NCBI GenBank assembly: GCA_045568435.1
Contig: JBJLBB010000003.1
Location: forward strand, 2,509 to 66,508
Direction: 5' to 3'
DNA length: 64,000 bases
Origin: Candidatus Poseidoniaceae archaeon
Lineage (GTDB): Archaea; Thermoplasmatota; Poseidoniia; Poseidoniales; Poseidoniaceae
This document shows positions 18,094 through 28,061 of the stretch, piece by piece; the stretch's first letter is position 1, and each line of letters begins with the position of its first letter. The position numbers were made by a program, and so were the translations under genes. The notes below the pieces were generated by a model, which worked only from the letters and a program-made list of their open reading frames with translations, searched no databases and was not told the origin of the DNA.

Positions 18094-20604
18094 TCAGTCT
18101 TCATCGATTAGTTCTGCTTCTATTACTTCATCAGGATATTCCCATGAACGGATGACATATCCAACACCAATCGCTGGTAGTAAGATGAATAGACTCAACA
18201 GAGCCATCAATAAACCGTGTTCAGCAAAAATCGCTCCTAGGGAGGAGAAGAACCCATCGGAACTAGAACTATCTCCTGTATCCTTTGGAGTAATTAGGTT
18301 GACAACAGCCTCTTGATTGTATACGCTTCGAGTGAAAACAAGCAATCCATCCATGGAACTATCATAATCGTCCGATGGAGTTGCAGGGTCTAAGTCTGAA
18401 TAGAAATCCGGCCTTTGTTCAAATGCAATGTCGGTTACAGAATCGAGACTTAGAGTCAAAACAACATCTACTGTATATGGAATTCTAGATTCAAAGAATT
18501 CTTGGTCATCAACAAATCCTAAGAATGTCATTGCTTGACCTGAAACATCAAAACTTGCCCATTGACCCCATTGAGAAGGTTCAACATCCAAGTCATAGTA
18601 CCAAGTATCAGCAATTCTATTACCTTGACCTTGGTCATTACTTCCATCATCTCCTAGATCAATTTCTAATTGAATCGAACCTACTTGTAATGAATCTAGT
18701 TCGAACTCAGTAGCAGTAAACATTGCTTCCAATCTCTCGGTACCATTAGGTATCCAAACATAGTGTGAATCATCGGTGTAATACAAGGAACCAGAATCTC
18801 CGTTATTGAAATGATTCCAGTCACCTTTCCAAGAATGCTTCACCCTGTCAGTATTTAGTTCGATAGTTTTCTCATCAAGCATGGCCTCATAGATTTCCCA
18901 AGCATCCCATACGGTATATTCGGGATGGTCTACAATTCCATTTCCATCTTGGTCTCTCATCAATTCCAGAGTTCTAGCAAGTGCTACTGCCGCATCGACA
19001 TTAGTCAAACCATGGCCTATACGCCAATCATGACATTGTCCAGTATCGCTGAGATAACATTGTTCAGGTATGTCAGAACAGGCATCATCATCATTACCAT
19101 CTTCACAAGAATTAGCCATTCCTTCATAATCAGCGGTCAATTCTAATATCAATTCTAATTCGTGAACTCTGCTAAAGTTTTCTTCGTTCCAGTTCTCATA
19201 TTGACCGTATGCAGCAGTTCCTTCTCCCCCAACTAGGCTATCACCAAAATCATGGTCATCTCTGTGGTAATCTGCAACTCCTAGAGAAGGGGCTATGTCC
19301 AGAATAATACCAGCCATTCCACCAACGTGTGGGGTTGCCATTGATGTTCCTGAGATTGACATGTAGTATAGGTCGCCTTGAAGTTTAGTACTTGCATCTA
19401 TTGCTGTTCCTCTAGGTGCAGTAGCCCAAATGTCTCTTCCTGGCGCCCCAACATCAGGCCATGTGTGCTGTTGATTCATACATCCGCGTGAAGAAAAAGA
19501 AGTTACAGCCGTACCATCATGAGTCAATGCTGCTACAGAAATTGCTGAAGGGGTATTTGCGTATACATTGGTCTTGAGTCCTCCAGAACATTCGCCTCCA
19601 TTTCCACCAGAATTAGAAGCGGCGAAAATCACTGCAACTCCATTGTCATAGGTCAGCATATCAGTCATCTGTGCAATTACTCCATTCGGGTCATAATCGC
19701 CATCGGTCCCCCAAGAATTTGAGACTACTCTTATGTGATGTTGATTTTGATTAGGTACTGAGTGTGAATATGTCCATTCAAGTCCTTGCTCAGCAGCGAA
19801 GATAGAAGCGCCATCACCAGTTCCCAGTGCTACCATTTGTCCTCCTTTAGCCACACCTGCTCTTCTACCAGCAGAAGCATCACCATTTCCAGCGATAGTT
19901 CCGCCAACGTGAGTTCCGTGCCCAGAAGATGTATCTGAATTACGAGTTTCAGTCCAAATTCCATCCCACTTGGCAGAATAGATTACTTTGTCACCAGTCC
20001 AAGGTTCAAGGTAATCAAAATCAGGATGTCCTGCATCGACTCCAGTATCTAAATCTACGATTGCAGTTCCATCTCCATCCCATTCGCTGAATTTTTGGTC
20101 AGTTTCATATTCGATATCTCCTGAAGGAGAAATAATCACTCGATCCCAAGTATCGGTAGCCTTGACCACGTGAGTGGTCTCATGCATCAAAACCCCAACA
20201 TCAGGAGATGGCTCTCCACCCCACTCAGATGGTAGGTAAAAGAAATCCAGAACTCTGTCTAATTCTAGATACTCGATACGGTCCCAAGTCGAGATTATTC
20301 TAATATCTCTAATCGATGCTTCAATCAGCCCACCATCTACTAAGGGCGCTTCACCAAGAACAGTTGCTCCAAGATTTTCTAGTGATTCTAAATCCTCCGC
20401 AGTTACTTCAGAATTAAGTTGGAAAATAACGGGAACTATGTCTTCTTCAGATGAACTACTCAAAGAATCACGTAGAGATTTATCCATCTTTTCATAATCG
20501 CCCATTGGATTAAGGCCGTCAACAAGAGGCGCTGCAGTGGCACCAATCATCAACATTTGAATCGCCAAGGCAGCGAAAAATGTCATATTAAGTCTGGAAG
20601 ACAT
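18094..20604 (-). CDS. Membrane-anchored S8 (subtilisin-like) serine protease
   Basis: Signal peptide; catalytic triad DLDTG / HGTHVGG / GTSMATP; C-terminal TM. Confidence 0.9.
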   Translation of the reverse strand: MSSRLNMTFFAALAIQMLMIGATAAPLVDGLNPMGDYEKMDKSLRDSLSSSSEEDIVPVIFQLNSEVTAEDLESLENLGATVLGEAPLVDGGLIEASIRDIRIISTWDRIEYLELDRVLDFFYLPSEWGGEPSPDVGVLMHETTHVVKATDTWDRVIISPSGDIEYETDQKFSEWDGDGTAIVDLDTGVDAGHPDFDYLEPWTGDKVIYSAKWDGIWTETRNSDTSSGHGTHVGGTIAGNGDASAGRRAGVAKGGQMVALGTGDGASIFAAEQGLEWTYSHSVPNQNQHHIRVVSNSWGTDGDYDPNGVIAQMTDMLTYDNGVAVIFAASNSGGNGGECSGGLKTNVYANTPSAISVAALTHDGTAVTSFSSRGCMNQQHTWPDVGAPGRDIWATAPRGTAIDASTKLQGDLYYMSISGTSMATPHVGGMAGIILDIAPSLGVADYHRDDHDFGDSLVGGEGTAAYGQYENWNEENFSRVHELELILELTADYEGMANSCEDGNDDDACSDIPEQCYLSDTGQCHDWRIGHGLTNVDAAVALARTLELMRDQDGNGIVDHPEYTVWDAWEIYEAMLDEKTIELNTDRVKHSWKGDWNHFNNGDSGSLYYTDDSHYVWIPNGTERLEAMFTATEFELDSLQVGSIQLEIDLGDDGSNDQGQGNRIADTWYYDLDVEPSQWGQWASFDVSGQAMTFLGFVDDQEFFESRIPYTVDVVLTLSLDSVTDIAFEQRPDFYSDLDPATPSDDYDSSMDGLLVFTRSVYNQEAVVNLITPKDTGDSSSSDGFFSSLGAIFAEHGLLMALLSLFILLPAIGVGYVIRSWEYPDEVIEAELIDED

Positions 20605-20635
20605 GTTTGACGGTAGAACCCATCCTTCAAATGCC

Positions 20636-21106
20636 TTATTCTTTGATGTTCTTATCTGGGGCGGGCTTAGCAAAGCCATCCTCTTTGACAGTATTTAGAA
20701 CTACGTGGGTAAAAGAACGGGTTACTCCTTCTAAGGTAAAAACAGTCTTTGTCAAGTCATCTAGGTCGGCTCTGTCCCTCACTCTTGCTAGTACCATTGA
20801 ATCCCAATCTCCAGTGACATCATAGACCGAGAAGACTCTAGAGTCGGCAGCTATTTTCTGTTGAACATCGATCATTTTTCCCTTGGATATACATAATCCA
20901 GCCATTATTGTCATAGTCCAACCAACACTTTCAGGGTTAAGCACTACGCTATATCCATTGATTACTCCACTACTTTCCAATCGCTTGAGGCGGTTGGTAA
21001 TGGTGCCTTGAGCAACTCCAACAATTCTAGATAATTCTCTTTGACTCGCTCTTGAATCTTTTAGGAGGGCTTGAAGAATTGCACGGTCGGTATCATCAAG
21101 TTCCAT
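20636..21106 (-). CDS. Lrp/AsnC family transcriptional regulator
   Basis: LDDTDRAILQAL..DSR..wHTH; VTGDWD RAM-domain motif. Confidence 0.92.
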   Translation of the reverse strand: MELDDTDRAILQALLKDSRASQRELSRIVGVAQGTITNRLKRLESSGVINGYSVVLNPESVGWTMTIMAGLCISKGKMIDVQQKIAADSRVFSVYDVTGDWDSMVLARVRDRADLDDLTKTVFTLEGVTRSFTHVVLNTVKEDGFAKPAPDKNIKE

Positions 21107-21155
21107 ATCAGCACCACTATTCGGTAAATCTTCTAATTCTTCAACACTTCGACTA

Positions 21156-22319
21156 TTATTCTTTAACGCTAGTACTGTCCATCATGAGATATTGCGTCCA
21201 AGCCCCGAGTTCTTCAACTTCTAATTGAATTCCAATCTGGCATCCAACAGGCTCTTTTTGTTTGAATCGAACTTCAATATTGACATTTTGTTCTGGCTCA
21301 ATGAATCTACTTTTGGGATTATTTTTCATCTTCCAAGGAGCATCTACTTTGATAGATTTAATCTCCATACGTTGAGAAAAAGATTGAACTTCAATAATTA
21401 GAGTTGTATCATTTTTCCATGCTGAAGAAATTCTAGGCATGCCTTTTTCATTCCTAAATGATTGTGAGACAAGTGCATAGCAAATAATGATTAATAACAC
21501 TCCAATTAAAGCAGGAATATAGAATGATGAAGAATCAACATTTTGTGATTTTATCGGTAAGTCAAAGTGGTGTAATGAGAGTAATTGTTCGGTGCCATTA
21601 TCACTTTCAATCCCGCCAAAGAAGGCCATTGTCATCTGCCATCCATATGGGTCTTGTTTTAGATCAACTCCTGCAGCCTCAAGATTTTCAGAATTAATTA
21701 TCCACTCAACTTCAGTGGTATTTTCTGCCTTAATTCCAAATCCAACTTCAGGTTCCATATCGTAAATCAAGTTACTAACATCTCTACCATGATGGTCAAT
21801 CGCATTTTTTTGACTTAAGAAAATATACAGTAAGGTGTCATCGGTTAAATTAACCAAAGGCGTCATTTTTATCGGCATCCGGATATACCAGGTTTCAGTA
21901 TCCCCTTCGGCAATAATCAATTCTCCAGTCAGGTCAATGATTGGCATTGAATCGATGATTTTAGAGGAATTATTGCTAGCATCACTTTCCATCAAGTGTT
22001 GATTGGAGTAAGAGATAGATTCAAAGGATTCATTTAATTCTAGGTCGTAAATATTAGCACGAGATTTGGCATCATCATCAGGCCAATTAGAATTTGTTTG
22101 GTCACTCCAAGACCACCATGAGAGAGTTATTGCATCCTCGTCTTGCGTACAATTTTTGTCACTTGTATCCATTTCAATAAAACATTCATGTAAAATTGTT
22201 GATGCTGATTCAGCACTTGGAATATCTATTCTTGCATGGGCAATATAATTTTCATCCTCAGCACTTATCGAGGGAATAACCAATATTGCAATAACTAGCA
22301 AGATGACTATTTTTTTCAT
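21156..22319 (-). CDS. Hypothetical secreted / single-pass membrane protein
   Basis: Signal peptide MKKIVILLV; internal TM; likely co-transcribed with the upstream RNA methyltransferase (1-bp gap). Confidence 0.7.
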   Translation of the reverse strand: MKKIVILLVIAILVIPSISAEDENYIAHARIDIPSAESASTILHECFIEMDTSDKNCTQDEDAITLSWWSWSDQTNSNWPDDDAKSRANIYDLELNESFESISYSNQHLMESDASNNSSKIIDSMPIIDLTGELIIAEGDTETWYIRMPIKMTPLVNLTDDTLLYIFLSQKNAIDHHGRDVSNLIYDMEPEVGFGIKAENTTEVEWIINSENLEAAGVDLKQDPYGWQMTMAFFGGIESDNGTEQLLSLHHFDLPIKSQNVDSSSFYIPALIGVLLIIICYALVSQSFRNEKGMPRISSAWKNDTTLIIEVQSFSQRMEIKSIKVDAPWKMKNNPKSRFIEPEQNVNIEVRFKQKEPVGCQIGIQLEVEELGAWTQYLMMDSTSVKE

Positions 22320-22320
22320 T

Positions 22321-24099
22321 TCATTCACCCTTTTTAGTTTCAAACTCAATACCAAGTTTTGCTCTAAGTATGTCTCTTTCAAGTGTATTTATCATCAAAC
22401 TAACTCTTACTCCAGCCCATGCAGAAATAAGAGAACTTGAACCTTTAAGTTCACAAGTCAACAGTAGAGGGCCTTCATTCAAATCCTCTAAATCTAGTGT
22501 TTCTTGGAACTCTTCAACAGTTGGAACCCAGCCTTCTAACATTTTTATCGCGATATCTTTTTCCACTTCGATACAAGTCTCACCCAAGTCATATTCCAGT
22601 GCAGGAATCGCTTCCTGTCTTGTCCTCCAAGTCCCTTTATTGTTAACAAAAGTAGGCATACCTACATGAATCAATTTCAGTGGATGAAATGTTCCTTCAG
22701 GCCACAAATCACCCCTTTTATTTGGACACACACGATTGTATAATCTATCGACAACAGATTTCGGTGCAATGTTTAATCGCTTCCCACGGCTCCACCAAGA
22801 CCATTTTTCGGCATCGATTTGATATGATTGTGAGATTTGTTTTACAGTTTCTTCATCAGCCAAGAAAACCGAATGTCGATTTGGTCTTGGTTTTTCCATA
22901 AGTTTTGGTTCCCATGTTGAACCAGGAATCGGTTTTCGCTTTGGAATGTAAGCCTTAGCAATACCTTCAGGAGTAGATTCGGGCTTATGTCTAAATATTG
23001 CAACAAAGAAACCTCCTGTATCATTGTCAGTATGGTACAACCTACGACACTTGATGAGGTCTTGAGAAATATTATTCTCTAATTTGGAATTGAATTCAGC
23101 ATCAAATTTAACTCTATCATCATAGCATAAATGTTTGATTTTCAAATTGGGAAGTCTTGGTAGTTCATCACTTAAATCCACCCTATCTCCACTTTCATCG
23201 AGAATATTCCACTGCCTAAGTCCCGGTTTCATTATCAGTCCTGCGACTAGATTTTCATCTATTTCTATCAATTCAAGCCATGGGCACTGTCTCAGAATTT
23301 CAGCAACAACAGCTTCATTTTCACATGGATCAATGCTACAGGTTGAATAAACTAATTTCCCATCCGGCCTCAATAATTTAGCACCTCTTTCCACAATCGA
23401 TACTTGTAGTTCGAATAATCCTCTACTAGACTTAGGGGTCCATTTCTTCCAAATTTTACGATTCTTACGAGTTGTAGCAGTCCCTGTACATGGCACATCG
23501 GTAATAACAGCGTCAAATCCTGGCGGGGGAATTCGACCAATATGCCTACCATCTTGTTGATTTATCAAAATATTTGGTAATGCAAGCCTTGCTCGATTTG
23601 AAATTAGCATATTGGCTCTACCGGAAACTGGCTCATTGGCGATAACGAAACCTTCAGGAAATATTTTTTCTGCAAGTTGAGTGGTTTTTGAGCCCGGCGC
23701 CGCACAAAGGTCTAGAATCATTTCACCGTCTTTTGGATTGAGCAATTCTACAGGTAGCATACTTGCAGCCTCTTGGCGAGTAATTCTTCCTGAGTCATGT
23801 AATATTGTCAAAATTCTCTTACTGTAGCCTTCTGGAACTTTACCTCTGGTAAAAGGCATTTGCCAAGCACTATTGTTCGGCATCCAAGCAATCGGCTTAG
23901 CGCCCATCTTTTCTAATTCTGAAATGGTCCAATCTCTATCTTTACGAGAGGTTGTGACTCTAAGTGTTTCAGGAAGAGGTGACGTTGTCGTATTTACCCA
24001 TGATTCAAGTTCCAATCCTAGTTCCAAAGCCAATTTGGTCAAGCATGAACCTCTCGATATTTCATCGAGGTCTTCTTCCTCCCAACCAGCATTGGCCAT
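22321..24099 (-). CDS. RsmB/NOP2/NSUN family RNA m5C methyltransferase
   Basis: QEAASM, DLCAAPGSKT, DVPC, YSTCS motifs. Confidence 0.9.
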   Translation of the reverse strand: MANAGWEEEDLDEISRGSCLTKLALELGLELESWVNTTTSPLPETLRVTTSRKDRDWTISELEKMGAKPIAWMPNNSAWQMPFTRGKVPEGYSKRILTILHDSGRITRQEAASMLPVELLNPKDGEMILDLCAAPGSKTTQLAEKIFPEGFVIANEPVSGRANMLISNRARLALPNILINQQDGRHIGRIPPPGFDAVITDVPCTGTATTRKNRKIWKKWTPKSSRGLFELQVSIVERGAKLLRPDGKLVYSTCSIDPCENEAVVAEILRQCPWLELIEIDENLVAGLIMKPGLRQWNILDESGDRVDLSDELPRLPNLKIKHLCYDDRVKFDAEFNSKLENNISQDLIKCRRLYHTDNDTGGFFVAIFRHKPESTPEGIAKAYIPKRKPIPGSTWEPKLMEKPRPNRHSVFLADEETVKQISQSYQIDAEKWSWWSRGKRLNIAPKSVVDRLYNRVCPNKRGDLWPEGTFHPLKLIHVGMPTFVNNKGTWRTRQEAIPALEYDLGETCIEVEKDIAIKMLEGWVPTVEEFQETLDLEDLNEGPLLLTCELKGSSSLISAWAGVRVSLMINTLERDILRAKLGIEFETKKGE

Positions 24100-24170
24100 G
24101 ACTGTCGGTCTGCTATCTTCTCTATCTTGCTTCCGCCATGCTCAAGGGCTTTCGCCCGCTAGAATCGAAT

Positions 24171-25535
24171 ATGCTGGGGGATACTGCGCCATTGCTTTTC
24201 CCAATTTTGCTTTTACTTCTAGTCGGATGGCTTTTACCTTCAAAAATAGAATCTTATAGCCAAAAATTCTCTCAACCAGTGAGTAAAGCAATTGTAAATA
24301 CATACAGATTTGGTCCTTTAGTTGTGGTTGGTGTGATGATATTAAATCGGATAAAAACCATTGTACAGAGAGATACAACTTATTTAGAAGTCGCTCAAAA
24401 ACTTGGCCCTGGTAACTTTGAATTTTCCGATTTGAGTTTATTGGTCACCGGAGATGGCTCTTCTGAATTGATACTTTTGGGCCTGATTTCTTTTGCCTTA
24501 CTCAGCCATAAATTGCCTAGTATCAAAAGTTCAAGTATTGAAATAAAAAGACTAGTTCAATTTAGAATAATGTCATATATTTCTTTTTGTGCCTTAGTTT
24601 CATACTGGATTTTATTCCCCGAATCATCTTACTATTCACCAGATTCATTACCATTACAAACGACAAATTCGTCAAGTGGAGAGTATTCTTGGCTTTTTGT
24701 AATAATGACTGGATTAATGATTTTAGTTAGTAGCGAACTATTCGCAGTAACTACAATTCCACTAACCGATAGAGGGTTGAGTATATTATCGAAAAGAACC
24801 AAATTAAAAATGTATTTTATTTTACCATTGATGATATACTTAATATCCAATTCTATTCAATCAACTAACTCTTGGTGGATCAATATTTCTCAGGATGGTT
24901 CATTTGCCATGGTTCTATTTTTCTTATCACATTCCATCGGACTAATCTTTATTTCAGTCCCTGCTAAATCGATTGAAGCCAATCTTCAACATGGTCAAGG
25001 GAGAAGTAAATCATTGACTTTTCAACTAATTCTAAATTGTATTTTACTATTCATCATTACGGCTTATTATCTTAGAAGCTCTGAACCTTTTGACCAAGGT
25101 AATGGATACCTTTTACAATCTACCTGGCTGGTGATTGGAATGGTTATTTGTATGGCGATTTCCCTCATGTTACCCACTTTTGGCTTTGACGGGGCATCTA
25201 GGCCAGAATTATGGTGGCTTAGGATGTCACTGATTTTTGCTCCTAGTATTCTTTTCATGATTACACCCTTTGCAGTATTTTTATTGCCAGCGAGTTGGAT
25301 ATTACTAGCAATTAGTATCATACAACCATGGTATATCGAAACAGATGTAAAATCACCATCACTTTTTACAACACTACTTCCATTGCTTGGATTGATTATA
25401 GGAACCCTTATTTTTTCGTTTTCGACAGATTGGCCAATAATGAGTTTCATTGTAGTCGGTTGGCTATTAGTTTTATTTTCCAGCAAGAGTATTGAAATTC
25501 ATATCAAACAACTGAAATCGGTAGAAATGATTTGA
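24171..25535 (+). CDS. Hypothetical polytopic membrane protein
   Basis: More than 12 hydrophobic segments; start chosen ~25 nt after a CTCAAG promoter-like box. Confidence 0.7.
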   Translation: MLGDTAPLLFPILLLLLVGWLLPSKIESYSQKFSQPVSKAIVNTYRFGPLVVVGVMILNRIKTIVQRDTTYLEVAQKLGPGNFEFSDLSLLVTGDGSSELILLGLISFALLSHKLPSIKSSSIEIKRLVQFRIMSYISFCALVSYWILFPESSYYSPDSLPLQTTNSSSGEYSWLFVIMTGLMILVSSELFAVTTIPLTDRGLSILSKRTKLKMYFILPLMIYLISNSIQSTNSWWINISQDGSFAMVLFFLSHSIGLIFISVPAKSIEANLQHGQGRSKSLTFQLILNCILLFIITAYYLRSSEPFDQGNGYLLQSTWLVIGMVICMAISLMLPTFGFDGASRPELWWLRMSLIFAPSILFMITPFAVFLLPASWILLAISIIQPWYIETDVKSPSLFTTLLPLLGLIIGTLIFSFSTDWPIMSFIVVGWLLVLFSSKSIEIHIKQLKSVEMI

Positions 25536-25605
25536 AATCATCGTTCTAAGCACCTAAACCGTCGCGCTTCTTATTAGTGAATAGGGAGACCTGTGTTTGA
25601 AGTCA

Positions 25606-25986
25606 ATGACTTCAAGGGATGGGACCCTAATGACTAGAGCATTTAGAGATGGAATAGAAAATAAAAGAAAGATAAGAGCCCCAGTTCGTATGAGAACTTG
25701 GAATCCAATCAAAGATTTGAGAGGATTGAAAGCAAGAACTACAGTTACTGGTAGCCAGATGGGGCCATTAGTCGATGTTCCAGCAATGATTAGAATTGAA
25801 AATGAGCATTGGGTATTTGAGCGAATCGAAGATGGTGTTTTGAAAAATTTAACACATCGATTAATTGTTCACGATTCTGAAGGAGGAAAAACTCTTGGAG
25901 CAACTAAAGACCTCAAAACAGCAATGCAAGTAGCTCAACGAATGGCTACAAAAGAAAATAAGATCATTATGATTAAACCACTTTGA
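25606..25986 (+). CDS. Hypothetical basic protein
   Basis: ~126-aa ORF filling the intergenic space; start uncertain (25606 or 25630). Confidence 0.6.
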   Translation: MTSRDGTLMTRAFRDGIENKRKIRAPVRMRTWNPIKDLRGLKARTTVTGSQMGPLVDVPAMIRIENEHWVFERIEDGVLKNLTHRLIVHDSEGGKTLGATKDLKTAMQVAQRMATKENKIIMIKPL

Positions 25987-25994
25987 TTATTTAA

Positions 25995-26186
25995 TCAAAA
26001 CAGGTTCCAAATTGCACTTACTACACCTTGGTTTACAAGGTAAAAGAAGGTTCCAATCAAGATACATGCAGCGTATACTTGGAAGGGTGTAATTTTCCAA
26101 GCATCCTCAGATTCTTCATCGAAATATCTAATCAAACCAGCCGCTTGCTGGATTCCACTTCCTTCGGATTTCTTCTTAGATGCCAT
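25995..26186 (-). CDS. secG: Preprotein translocase subunit Sec61beta (SecG)
   Basis: AGLIRYFDEE...KITP followed by one TM, the archaeal Sec61beta signature. Confidence 0.85.
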   Translation of the reverse strand: MASKKKSEGSGIQQAAGLIRYFDEESEDAWKITPFQVYAACILIGTFFYLVNQGVVSAIWNLF

Positions 26187-26255
26187 TTGGACCATTCCTC
26201 CCGAGTAGCCCCCCCTTTATCAACGCGACGCGGGCTAGAATAATGTTAAAATCAA

Positions 26256-27197
26256 TTATTCTTGTTCAGATTCAAAGGTTAAATCGATTAAAGGAATGTC
26301 TTCATTTAAGGGTACAGAATCAATTTGGTTGATTGAATCAATGTCTACTTCTGAATTTTCTTGGCTATCAATTGTAATTTCAGAAATGATAATTCTTTCT
26401 TTGTTTACATCCTCCAATGATTCATTTTCATGAACTCCAGTTTCTGGGTCCGCTTCTATCAAAGAAGCCTCGATTCTAGCAATTGCTCTTTCTACAGCAG
26501 GGGCATTGTTATCGGCCAACGCCCCTTTTGCTAACTCCAAATCAAACTCTGCGGCAGCAAGCGAAACCCCTGCCTTTTCCTTATCCCAATATTCCGTTGA
26601 TTGATTGATTTTTACTTTTTGAGATACCTTTTCAGTCGCATCTTTCATCACCTGAATAATTTCTTTGAATCTTTGATTTGAGTAATCAATAAGTTCTAGC
26701 CAAGAATTTTGATTCGTCTTTTCATCTAAATTTGGATATTTTCTTTTTATCCACTTACGTGCAGAACTTAGATGTTTGAACTCCCATGGCTTATAGGGTA
26801 GTGAAGAAGTCAAATCATATACAATCCTACTTCTGAGATTTATTGGGCCTTCGAGTATGATGGTGTTTAGATATCCCGAATTGAAAAGCCCCAAACCCCA
26901 GTAGGAGTCTGAAGTGATCTTAATTTTCATTTGACCACTAGTGGTTTCTAAAGACCATTTCTGCTCATTGTAGGAAGGTGGTACTGTGAACATAGGCGTT
27001 TCAGGATTTTCTAAAAGAGAAATAAGAGTGCTTGTCACATTACCAAGATAGACCACTTTACTGGCGGAAGGGAAGTGCTTGGTACGCAGAAGAAAATTAG
27101 TTTCATCCATTTTATGCTCAGCCTTTGCACTTCGTACCTGGCAAATAAGAATCGAGGTTTGACCCATGTCTTCTGCCGCCATGATTCGGGGTGTCAT
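26256..27197 (-). CDS. Hypothetical protein with helical C-terminus and acidic tail
   Basis: 313-aa ORF; no family recognised. Confidence 0.7.
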   Translation of the reverse strand: MTPRIMAAEDMGQTSILICQVRSAKAEHKMDETNFLLRTKHFPSASKVVYLGNVTSTLISLLENPETPMFTVPPSYNEQKWSLETTSGQMKIKITSDSYWGLGLFNSGYLNTIILEGPINLRSRIVYDLTSSLPYKPWEFKHLSSARKWIKRKYPNLDEKTNQNSWLELIDYSNQRFKEIIQVMKDATEKVSQKVKINQSTEYWDKEKAGVSLAAAEFDLELAKGALADNNAPAVERAIARIEASLIEADPETGVHENESLEDVNKERIIISEITIDSQENSEVDIDSINQIDSVPLNEDIPLIDLTFESEQE

Positions 27198-27286
27198 TCA
27201 ATCTTCATCAATCCACCTACTTGACATAAAGATATAGTGGAAGAGTTCAAGAAAGGAAGCCTTCTTGCATGTAATAGGTGGATAGT

Positions 27287-27837
27287 ATGGCTTCACAGAC
27301 AAAGGCTTCCAAGATAGAAAAATTGACTGCACTACCAGGAGTAGGGGCAGCCACTGCTAAGAAATTAGTAGATGCTAAACTAGATACAGTATCCAAAGTT
27401 GCTTCAGCGGGCGCAACAAAACTGATTAAAGCAGGTATTAACGCTGCAGTAGCTAAAAAAATCGCTACGGCTGCAAAGAATGCAGACAAGGCAAAATCAG
27501 CAGTCAAGGCAACAGCTTCCAAGGCTAAGGCAGCCGCTAAGAAAGCCCAGCAAAAGCCAAGGCAAAAGCCAAGGCAACAGCGTCCAAGGCCAAAGCAGCC
27601 GCTAAGAAAGCCCCAGCAAAAGCCAAGGCAACAGCTTCCAAGGCTAAGGCAGCCGCTAAGAAAGCCCCAGCAAAAGCCAAGGCAACAGCGTCCAAGGCCA
27701 AAGCAGTAGCCAAAAATTTGGCAAAAAGCACCAAACCAAAATCTGCAGAAGCACCTTCAAAAGATCGTAAGAAGATCGGACCTTCAAGTAAAACCCCACT
27801 TTCAAAAATGTCTTGGTTTAAGAATTTGAAGAAATAA
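27287..27837 (+). CDS. Helix-hairpin-helix protein with Lys/Ala/Pro-rich histone-H1-like tail (1-nt frameshift at 27546-27548)
   Basis: LTALPGVGAATAKKL HhH. First repeat copy reads gcccagca versus gccccagca in later copies; restoring the C gives KAPAKAKATASKAKAAAK repeats ending SWFKNLKK-stop at 27837. Confidence 0.8.
27505..27705 (+). repeat. 54-bp (18-aa) coding tandem repeat, ~3.5 units
   Basis: Unit aaagccccagcaaaagccaaggcaacagcttccaaggctaaggcagccgctaag (27607-27660). Confidence 0.85.
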
Positions 27838-27878
27838 TATTACGAATTGTTCAAAGACCGCTTAGAAAAGTAGTCTCC

Positions 27879-28061
27879 ATGCCTCGAAGGAAGTATGGCC
27901 GATTAAGAAAAACGGTCGAACTTCCACCCAAAGAGAATTGTTCTCGCTGTCGTTCAGGTAAATTCTGCCCAATAATAGGGCATATGGGCCAAGAAGTCAA
28001 ACCACGTAGAGAGTGGATTGGCCCAGATAAAATTTCCAAGCGTAAAGCTAAGAGAAATTAA
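27879..28061 (+). CDS. Small basic protein with putative Zn-binding CxxC-x5-C-x4-H motif
   Basis: 60 aa, Arg/Lys-rich, CSRCRSGKFCPIIGH; stop overlaps the convergent xer stop at TTAA 28058-28061. Confidence 0.6.
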   Translation: MPRRKYGRLRKTVELPPKENCSRCRSGKFCPIIGHMGQEVKPRREWIGPDKISKRKAKRN

